Shown here in pieces: positions 1-6,333 of a stretch of DNA of 28,431 nt. Below the pieces are notes generated by a model that worked only from the letters and a program-made list of their open reading frames with translations, did no database searches and was not told the DNA's origin. Each line of letters opens with the position of its first letter. Position 1 is the stretch's first letter. Source of the stretch: Gemmatimonadota bacterium (GTDB lineage: Bacteria; Latescibacterota; UBA2968; UBA8231); contig JAYPJE010000040.1 in NCBI GenBank assembly GCA_038128265.1, positions 10,285 through 38,715 of the forward strand, given 5' to 3'. A program made the translations under genes and the position numbers.

Positions 1-392
1 TGCATCGCCGGACCACCCTTGCCGCGACCGTGCATCGCCGGACGGCCCCAACCCATGCGATCGCCGCGACCCCAGCCGCGGCCGCGCAGCTGCTCTATCT
101 TCTCGCGCTGCTCGGCGGTCAGCACCTTTCCTATCTGTTCCCGATGAGCGGTAAACAGCTGCTCCATCTTTTCCGGATCGGGCCACTCTCCGCTCGCGCG
201 CAGCGCCTGCACTTCCTTGCGATGCGCTTCGCGCAGCGCTTTGACCTGCGTCCTCTGCTCATCGCTCAATCCCAGTTCATCCATCATCGCCTCACCGCGC
301 GGCGCCCCGAACGGACCGCGCTGGGCTTCAACCGTGGCAATTACCGCTACACTCAATCCTGCAACCAGCAGGTAGATCCACTTCTTCTTCAC
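1..392 (-). CDS. Spy/CpxP-like (LTXXQ motif) periplasmic helical protein, partial (3' end runs off the window)
   Basis: Absent from the ORF track; translated by hand from GTG at 392 (RBS GAGAGG 8-9 nt upstream): MKKKWIYLLVAGLSVAVIATVEAQRGPFGAPRGEAMMDELGLSDEQRTQVKALREAHRKE...IGKVLTAEQREKIEQLRGRGWGRG. It has a signal peptide, LSDEQ and LTAEQ motifs, and a Gly/Arg/Met-rich tail. Confidence 0.8.
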   Translation of the reverse strand, partial: MKKKWIYLLVAGLSVAVIATVEAQRGPFGAPRGEAMMDELGLSDEQRTQVKALREAHRKEVQALRASGEWPDPEKMEQLFTAHREQIGKVLTAEQREKIEQLRGRGWGRGDRMGWGRPAMHGRGKGGPAM

Positions 393-455
393 TGTATCAT
401 ACCTCTCGTATGTGTTGTTGTCCTAGAACCGGCCGTGTTCTTGCTCATTCACCCA

Positions 456-487
456 TTAGACACGGACAACGCGGATATTCATTCCCG
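456..487 (-). promoter_or_regulatory. ECF sigma-type promoter upstream of the Spy/CpxP-like gene
   Basis: Minus strand reads CGGGAATG-N17-TGTCTAA. The same two boxes occur upstream of the ECF sigma gene (1980-2010). Confidence 0.75.
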
Positions 488-493
488 ACAAAT

Positions 494-528
494 AAAAAAA
501 ACGGCGCGCTTATGCGTGCCGTTTTTTT
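494..528. terminator. Intrinsic terminator, probably bidirectional, ending the ECF operon
   Basis: A-tract, CGGCGCGC-TTAT-GCGTGCCG hairpin, then T-tract; lies 27 nt downstream of the stop at 555. Confidence 0.8.
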
Positions 529-554
529 CCATTCGCTTTAGCGCACTCACCGCG

Positions 555-995
555 CTATTGATCACCGCGCGGCGGCCGTCGATCACCCCGGCCATCGCGC
601 ATACCGCGCGGCGGCCGTCGATCGCCCCAGCGACCCATCATTTCTCGAAAGCGCCGATCGCGATCTTCTATACGCGCCCACTGCTCGGCGTCGACGTGGG
701 GCTTGAGTTCGGCATACACCGAATCAACGATAGATTCCATCGCATCGCGGCGCTCGGCTTCCAAGGATCTAAGGCGAGGCATCGCTCCTTCTATGATGGA
801 ACGCACGCGCTCGCGCTGGGCTTCGTCACGCGGTTCGATGAGACGCTCTGTATTCCGCACAAAAAAACGTGCGTTGGGAATATGGCGCAGTCGCTCGCGC
901 GTGTACCACCCCATGCCCAGGCTGCCCAAGACAATGCCCAACAGCAGCGTGCACAGCAGAATGAGCGCCCCTTTTCCCTTTGCACCGAGTGCCAC
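555..995 (-). CDS. Membrane-anchored alpha-helical protein (Spy / periplasmic heavy-metal-sensor-like), accessory gene of the ECF operon, ~146 aa
   Basis: ORF 555..1022 with the start moved to GTG 995 (GGAGGA RBS overlapping the upstream stop). N-terminal TM helix ALILLCTLLLGIVLGSLGMGW, charged helical body (DEAQRERV, VDAEQWARI) and a twice-repeated GDRRPPRG tail. Confidence 0.7.
   Translation of the reverse strand: MALGAKGKGALILLCTLLLGIVLGSLGMGWYTRERLRHIPNARFFVRNTERLIEPRDEAQRERVRSIIEGAMPRLRSLEAERRDAMESIVDSVYAELKPHVDAEQWARIEDRDRRFREMMGRWGDRRPPRGMRDGRGDRRPPRGDQ
564..623. repeat. 21 bp direct repeat with 39 bp period encoding DRRPPRG twice
   Basis: accgcgcggcggccgtcgatc at 564-584 and 603-623. 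Confidence 0.85.
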
Positions 996-996
996 G

Positions 997-1407
997 CTAT
1001 TCCTCCATCGCGTAGGCCGCATCCAACGAGATGGGGTCTACGGCAAAAACGGCCTCTAACACAGAGCCTGCTCCGTCAGCGGGCGCGTAGTCGCTCCAGT
1101 TGTTGAACGCGATAAGTAGAGCAACCAGCGCCGCCGCTGGCGCGAGGGGTCGAAACAGCCATAGCAGGCCATCGATCAAGCTCTCGCTCTGTTTGGCGCG
1201 CACGCGCTGAACTACACGCGCGGCGAAAAAGGGCTGGAAAGACTGCGTGCGCTCCGCCTGCAGAAGCCCCTGCACGCGCTCGAGGTCGCGCCATTCGGCG
1301 AGCAGCGCGGCGTCTTCTTTTAGGCGCTGGGCAAATGCGCCGGCCTCCGCCTCGCTCAGTTCACCCGCCAGTGCGCGCATCATCGTCGTGCGATCGTCAC
1401 CGTTCAT
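997..1407 (-). CDS. Putative anti-sigma factor (single TM)
   Basis: 136 aa with a 4 nt overlap on the ECF sigma stop. N-terminal LAGELSEAEAGAF..RL helix is typical of anti-sigma domains but has no HxxxCxxC. One TM segment (LAPAAALVALLIAF). Confidence 0.75.
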   Translation of the reverse strand: MNGDDRTTMMRALAGELSEAEAGAFAQRLKEDAALLAEWRDLERVQGLLQAERTQSFQPFFAARVVQRVRAKQSESLIDGLLWLFRPLAPAAALVALLIAFNNWSDYAPADGAGSVLEAVFAVDPISLDAAYAMEE

Positions 1408-1973
1408 ACTTCATCAACCTCGCTCTTGAGGATTTCCTGTAGTTTTTTCATGCCGCGCGAAAGGCGCGATAACACCGTGCCCTCCGCCAAGTCTAGCATG
1501 GCTGCTGTTTCCTTAGTGGAGTAGCCCTCTAACATGCGCAGGACCACCACGGCGCGAAATTCCGGGCTGAGCTGCTGCAGCGCCGCATGCACCTCTTGGC
1601 GGCGCTCCTGGCCAGCGCGTTCTTCGCGACCATCTACGCCGACCTCTTCCGGGGCATTGGGCTCTTCGTCGCGGCTCCAAAAGCGCAAGCGCATGCGCTT
1701 GCGGCGCTCGATGGCATTGAGCGACAGATTGATCGCGATGCGCGTCAGATAGGTGCCGACCGCCGAATCGCCGCGAAACGAATCGAGCGCTTCGTAAAAT
1801 CGAATAAACACTTCCTGACCGACGTCTTCCGCTTCGACACCGGCACCCAACATCCCCACGACTGTCGCAGCCACTCGACTTTCATACCGCTCCACCAATT
1901 CGCGAAACGCCCTCTCATCGCCTGCTTTGGCACGAGCGATTCGCTCCGTATCGGTGGCTCGCGGCTCCTCCAT
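1404..1973 (-). CDS. ECF (group 4) sigma-70 factor, RpoE/SigW-like
   Basis: Region 2: GDERAFRELVERY, AEDVGQEVFIRFY, FRGDSAVGTYLTRIAINLSLN. Region 4: LQQLSPEFRAVVVLRMLEGYSTKETAAMLDLAEGTVLSRLSRG. Start is ATG 1979 or 1973; 1973 is preferred from promoter geometry. Confidence 0.95.
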   Translation of the reverse strand: MEEPRATDTERIARAKAGDERAFRELVERYESRVAATVVGMLGAGVEAEDVGQEVFIRFYEALDSFRGDSAVGTYLTRIAINLSLNAIERRKRMRLRFWSRDEEPNAPEEVGVDGREERAGQERRQEVHAALQQLSPEFRAVVVLRMLEGYSTKETAAMLDLAEGTVLSRLSRGMKKLQEILKSEVDEV

Positions 1974-1979
1974 ATACAT

Positions 1980-2010
1980 TTAGACAGTGCATCGGCCATT
2001 TACATTCCCG
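1980..2010 (-). promoter_or_regulatory. Autoregulatory ECF promoter
   Basis: Minus strand reads CGGGAATG-N16-TGTCTAA directly abutting the sigma gene start. Resembles the GGAAC/GGAAT...GTCNAA ECF consensus. Confidence 0.75.
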
Positions 2011-2244
2011 CTGCCGATCTGCTGTCTGCCACTCCAATCGTTCGTCATGAGTGTAGTAATCTCACTACTGATATCGCGCAAGGGGCTGCGCTGCCGTAAA
2101 ATATGTATTGGTTCACAGCCTTACTACCCGATAAAATCTTCTGCCGGGCACAAATAGGCGGCTGATGCACTATCGAGACGTTGTCATCGGCCGCGTTTTT
2201 AGTACTTTTGTCCTGTCCTTTTCACCTATTCCAACGCCGCGTCC

Positions 2245-3540
2245 ATGCGCATTCTCACGCTCGGTCTCAACCATCATACCGCACCCGTAGAAGTGCGCGA
2301 GCGACTGGCCTTTCCAGAAAACGACCAGCCGCAAGCACTGACGCGCCTGCTGGAGGAATACGGCCTGAGCGAAGCGGCTATTCTCTCCACCTGCAATCGC
2401 TCAGAACTCTACGTCGCCGTCGACAGCGACAGCGGACTGGAGGGAGCGCAGCGCTTCCTAGCCGACACGCGCGCGGTAGACGTGCAGCAGCTGCAGTCGC
2501 ACTTCTACACGCTCAGCGACGAAGACGCCGCCACGCACCTATTCCGCGTGGCCTGCGGCATCGATTCGCTCGTACTGGGCGAGTCGCAAATTCTCAAACA
2601 GGTGCGCACCGCGCTCGATACGGCGCAGCGCAACGGCTCGGCGCGCTTGCTGCTCAACGAACTGTTCCAGCGCTCGCTGCGCACCGGAAAACGCGCGCGC
2701 AGCGAAACGGATATCGGCCGCGGACACCTGTCGATCAGCACGGCGGCTGTCGAATTGGCTGGACAGGTCTTCGACCATCTCGAGAGCTGCCACGCCCTGC
2801 TGCTAGGCGCCGGCGAAATGGGCGAACTAACGGCCCAGTACCTGATCGACGCCGAGGTGGCTTCGCTACGCGTGGCCAACCGCACATTCGCTCGCGCCGA
2901 AGAGCTGGCGCAGCGCTTTGGCGGTCAGGCGGTGGATTTTACCCACCTAATCGACCACCTCGCCGAAACCGATATCGTTATTTCATCGACTTCAGCGCCC
3001 GACTTTGTCGTGACACCGGACATGCTGCGCGAGGCCATGGATCGCCGCCGCGGTCGCCCCATATTTCTTATCGACATTGCCGTGCCGCGCGACATCGATC
3101 CAGCCGTGCGCGAAATCGACAACGCATTCCTCTTTGACATCGACGATTTACAGCAGGTCGTGGCCAGTAACAAAACGGAGCGCGAGCGCGAAATCGACAA
3201 AGTACAACTCATCATTGAAGACGAGTTGCGCGACTTCCTGCACTGGTTCAACGCGCTGAGCGCCGGTCCGCTGATTCGCGATCTGCGCCGGCACGCGGCC
3301 CAGCTGCAGCACGTCGAGCTGCAGCGCTGGAGCGCCAAGCTCGATCGCCTGTCGGAGGAGGATCGCAAGCTGGTCGAAGGCATTCTGCGCGGCTACGCCA
3401 ACAAATTGCTGCACCAACCGCTGGTCCAGGTGCGCCAATTTGCCAACGACGATGATGGCTATGTGCGCTTTGATACCGTGCGTCGTCTCTTTGACCTCGA
3501 TGACCAGGGCGACAGCAACGCCGAGCAAGAGGCGTCATGA
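2245..3540 (+). CDS. hemA: Glutamyl-tRNA reductase
   Basis: GLNHHTAPVEVRERLAF, catalytic LSTCNRSELY, GIDSLVLGESQILKQV, GAGEMG, DIAVPRDID motifs; 431 aa. Confidence 0.98.
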   Translation: MRILTLGLNHHTAPVEVRERLAFPENDQPQALTRLLEEYGLSEAAILSTCNRSELYVAVDSDSGLEGAQRFLADTRAVDVQQLQSHFYTLSDEDAATHLFRVACGIDSLVLGESQILKQVRTALDTAQRNGSARLLLNELFQRSLRTGKRARSETDIGRGHLSISTAAVELAGQVFDHLESCHALLLGAGEMGELTAQYLIDAEVASLRVANRTFARAEELAQRFGGQAVDFTHLIDHLAETDIVISSTSAPDFVVTPDMLREAMDRRRGRPIFLIDIAVPRDIDPAVREIDNAFLFDIDDLQQVVASNKTEREREIDKVQLIIEDELRDFLHWFNALSAGPLIRDLRRHAAQLQHVELQRWSAKLDRLSEEDRKLVEGILRGYANKLLHQPLVQVRQFANDDDGYVRFDTVRRLFDLDDQGDSNAEQEAS

Positions 3541-4448
3541 CCACCGCATGCGCCATCACCCTCGGCATTTCCCTAATGCTATACCTAGCCGCTACCCTGC
3601 TGTTTCAGGGGTCCTTCCTGCTGCGCAAAACGGGCTGGGAGCTCCGCGGTCGACGCGCCCTGCTCGTCGGCGTTTCCGTGCACGCGCTGGGCATGGGCCT
3701 GCACGCTACGCTCTCGGGCCAGTCGCCGTTTTCCAGCATGCTCGTCGTCCTGTCCTGGCTCATCATTGCGCTGCTCGGCGCGGCGCTGCTGGCCGAGCAC
3801 TACACCCGTATTCGCTATTTGAGCCTATTGGCTTCGCCCTTGGCCTTTCTCGCGCTGCTCTATCCCATCCTCATGCCAGTGCAGCTAGCCGGCAGCCAAT
3901 ACGTCCTCGTGCAGTATCCCTGGCTCGGCGTGCACGTCGTCCTCACGCTGCTGGGCTACGTAGGCTTCGCGCTGGCCTTCTGCACGGCCGTTACCTATCT
4001 GCTGCAGCAGCGCGCGCTCAAGAGCGGCCGCCTAAATCACTACCTGCCCGCGCTCGACACTGCCGCAACGGCAACGTTCCGCTTTGCCGGCATTGGCTTC
4101 TCGATCTTCACGCTTGGCCTCGGCATGGGCATCATCTGGCTCTTTGGCGCGCCCGGCGAATACCTGCAGGGCCGCGACACCAAGGTGTGGATGGCCATTC
4201 CGTCCTGGGCCGTCTTCGCCTACTACCTGTATGTGCGCGGCATCCATCGCCGGCACGGCAGTGGCCTCAAGTGGATCGTCATAGTTGGTTTTCTTCTGGC
4301 GCTGGCCAACCTCGTCGGCGTGCGCCACGACTTCAATGAGACCACGCCGGCGCCGGACGGACCCACCGGCGTAGCCGTCGAGCGCCGTGCGCCGCTTGTC
4401 CAACTGGACGGCTCGGCGCCAAACAAACCGCTACCGTCCCTGCTGTAG
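3537..4448 (+). CDS. Cytochrome c assembly family (CcsA/HemX-like) integral membrane protein
   Basis: About 8 hydrophobic helices, conserved His (WLGVHV), YLLQQRALKSG...LPALD motif and a DTK remnant of WDPKE. Overlaps the hemA stop by 4 nt. Confidence 0.85.
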   Translation: MTTACAITLGISLMLYLAATLLFQGSFLLRKTGWELRGRRALLVGVSVHALGMGLHATLSGQSPFSSMLVVLSWLIIALLGAALLAEHYTRIRYLSLLASPLAFLALLYPILMPVQLAGSQYVLVQYPWLGVHVVLTLLGYVGFALAFCTAVTYLLQQRALKSGRLNHYLPALDTAATATFRFAGIGFSIFTLGLGMGIIWLFGAPGEYLQGRDTKVWMAIPSWAVFAYYLYVRGIHRRHGSGLKWIVIVGFLLALANLVGVRHDFNETTPAPDGPTGVAVERRAPLVQLDGSAPNKPLPSLL

Positions 4449-4462
4449 CGGCAACGGCGTCG

Positions 4463-4487
4463 TGCAACACTGCAACTTCATGTTGCA
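4463..4487. promoter_or_regulatory. Palindromic enhancer-like site (candidate UAS for a sigma54 activator)
   Basis: TGCAAC-TTCAT-GTTGCA at 4471-4487 plus an extra TGCAAC half-site at 4463-4468; ~110 bp upstream of a -24/-12 element. Confidence 0.55.
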
Positions 4488-4596
4488 ATAAACCTGCATA
4501 GATGCCGCATCAAGCAGTGCTTGGACCCTACTCCAATAAACAAATAAATTATTGTTTTTATTTGCTTTATGATTTTTTCATAGAGAATTAGAGCGC

Positions 4597-4612
4597 GGGC
4601 ATATATCTTGCT
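4597..4612 (+). promoter_or_regulatory. Sigma54 (-24/-12) promoter
   Basis: GGGCATATATCTTGCT has exact GG-N10-GC spacing with GGCA and TTGCT boxes. It lies 45 nt before ATG 4657 and is preceded by an AT-rich tract. Confidence 0.7.
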
Positions 4613-4656
4613 AAAATGGGCGTGATGCACACACTTTTACCCGTGGAGAACGCACC

Positions 4657-4845
4657 ATGAATCGCGCGCGCTGGATTCGCCTTATTGCTGGCACCTTCGT
4701 GATGGCCAGCCTGGCCTTGGGACACTTCGTCACGCCCTATTTTTACCTCTTTACCGCCTTTGTCGGCCTCAACCTCTTTCAGTCCTCGCTGACCCAGTGG
4801 TGTCTAATGGACGATATTCTGCGTAAGGTCGGAGTGGAAGGATAG
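4657..4845 (+). CDS. DUF2892 (YgaP-like) small membrane protein
   Basis: 62 aa with GGAG RBS. IRLIAGTFVMASLAL...FTAFVGLNLFQSSLTQWCLMDDILRKVGV has two TM segments and the conserved WC motif. Confidence 0.88.
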   Translation: MNRARWIRLIAGTFVMASLALGHFVTPYFYLFTAFVGLNLFQSSLTQWCLMDDILRKVGVEG

Positions 4846-5057
4846 GAGCATTCACTTGGCAGATCTACTTGCCGTCGCGCTGTTTTTTGGCGCCTACTAC
4901 GTTTTACAGCGCTATCTACTACCCTACTTGGGGGTCCCGACCTGAATGGTTCCAACGCTCCCGGAGGGAGACGAAAACGGAATGCAGAGCACGGGGTCAG
5001 AAAGCGACGACGCGCTGGAGCGTACGCCGCAGTGAGCCGCAGGGGCTTCTTCTCGGT

Positions 5058-6284
5058 TCAGTAGGGCCGCGCTAAAAAGGGAATTTCCATCTCGGCCGCG
5101 GTCAAGCCACCGTGGGCACCGTAGTGGTTTTGCTCAAACTTGCCGCGCTCGTACCACCAGACCGAATGCCCCTCGTGCGGCAGAATGACTAAGTCGCCCA
5201 TATGGGCACTGAAGGCCTCGCTTGGCGCACCCGGGCCAAATAGGCCGCTCGCCACCAAGTCGGCACAGCGCAGCACGGAGGCCCGGCCGCTCAGGCGCAT
5301 CTCTAGAAAGGCCTGCGCCTCGTCTAACAACCCTTCCTTGATGTAGAGAAACATATCGCGGCACGAACCGGCTGGCACCAACAGCTGACCGCTGCCGCTG
5401 CGGCGCAGAAAGCGCTCTACGCCGTCAAACTCCGGTTCGATATTGAGGTAGATCGTCGTGCGCGGGTCGATCGCAGCCATGCCGTGATCGGCCACTACGA
5501 TCAGCAGCGTATCGCCGTCGGCCCCCTCGCCGAGCACTCCCTCGGCCGTTGCTAGAAAGGCATCGACTTCGGCGCCCATATGCTCCGAGTCGGGCCCCTG
5601 CACGTGGCCCACCTGGTCGATGCCGTCAAAGTAGAAGAAGAAGTAGGACGGGTCTGTCTCGGCGTGCAGCCGCACCTTGAGCGAGGTCAGTCCTTCGGCC
5701 AGCGTGCGGTAGGGAACGACGTCGGCGCCGTCGTAGGTCAGCCGCGCATAGGGCGATATTAGGTGCAGGGCCGGCTGGAAGGCGCACGAGCGGATGCCCA
5801 TTTCTTCGAGGTCGCGGTAGATTGTCTGGGTTGGCAGGATCTCTTCGGGCTCGACGTCGACTAGGGCGTTGCGCGTCTTGGTCCCCACCGGCGAGAACAG
5901 CAGCGGCACGACGATTTGGTCTACTAGCGGCTCGTAGTACTGCCACTCGTAGACGCCGCTCTCGATGGGCGGCATGCCCGTGTGCATACAGGTCACGTGG
6001 GCGGCCGTAGTAGAGGGAAATTGCGCGGTGATTTTTTCGGCCACACCGCCCTCGACAAAGCGACGCAAAAAGGGACTGCTGTGCAGGCGAGGCTGGCAAA
6101 AGCGCCAGCCAAAGGCGTCAATAAAAAACAGCGCGACTTTCTTCCAGCGCCGGTTGAGCGGGCCCAGTATTTCGCTCGACAAGCCGGGCCCGCCCCGCCC
6201 GGTTAGCGCATGGCGCACAGTTTGTGGTAGATCGGCAAACGAACGCGTTCCGTACTGCGGAAGAACTACCTCTCTGTCAAACAC
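5058..6284 (-). CDS. Alkaline phosphatase superfamily protein (type I phosphodiesterase / nucleotide pyrophosphatase), ~408 aa
   Basis: FIDAFG, FPSTT (catalytic Thr), DQVGH, ADHG and HGG metal-ligand motifs. Start moved from 6440 to GTG 6284 (G-rich RBS; avoids overlap with the upstream gene). No signal peptide. Confidence 0.9.
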   Translation of the reverse strand: MFDREVVLPQYGTRSFADLPQTVRHALTGRGGPGLSSEILGPLNRRWKKVALFFIDAFGWRFCQPRLHSSPFLRRFVEGGVAEKITAQFPSTTAAHVTCMHTGMPPIESGVYEWQYYEPLVDQIVVPLLFSPVGTKTRNALVDVEPEEILPTQTIYRDLEEMGIRSCAFQPALHLISPYARLTYDGADVVPYRTLAEGLTSLKVRLHAETDPSYFFFYFDGIDQVGHVQGPDSEHMGAEVDAFLATAEGVLGEGADGDTLLIVVADHGMAAIDPRTTIYLNIEPEFDGVERFLRRSGSGQLLVPAGSCRDMFLYIKEGLLDEAQAFLEMRLSGRASVLRCADLVASGLFGPGAPSEAFSAHMGDLVILPHEGHSVWWYERGKFEQNHYGAHGGLTAAEMEIPFLARPY

Positions 6285-6333
6285 GTACACCCCCCCAATA
6301 AGTGGCTCGGATAGGCGAAGATAAATAGGCGCG

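Noticed and set aside
30..1106. 358 aa plus-strand ORF
   Set aside because: Antisense shadow of three recognisable minus-strand genes; it crosses a terminator and has no recognisable motifs.
2181..4339. Long alternative-frame ORFs 2181..3137 and 3440..4339
   Set aside because: Arg/Ala/Pro-rich off-frame readings over hemA and the CcsA-like gene, typical of high-GC DNA.
4930..5050. Possible 5S rRNA, TPP riboswitch or hammerhead
   Set aside because: Size and topology are suggestive, but the diagnostic sequences (CCGAAC loop; CUGAGA; CUGANGA) are missing.
4869..5075. 68 aa ORF in the intergenic region
   Set aside because: TTG start, no recognisable motif, and it overlaps the convergent gene end. 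Not supported as a CDS.
5058..6284. PglZ / BREX defence system
   Set aside because: Only the generic alkaline-phosphatase fold is present; no brxC, pglX or brxL-like genes are nearby.
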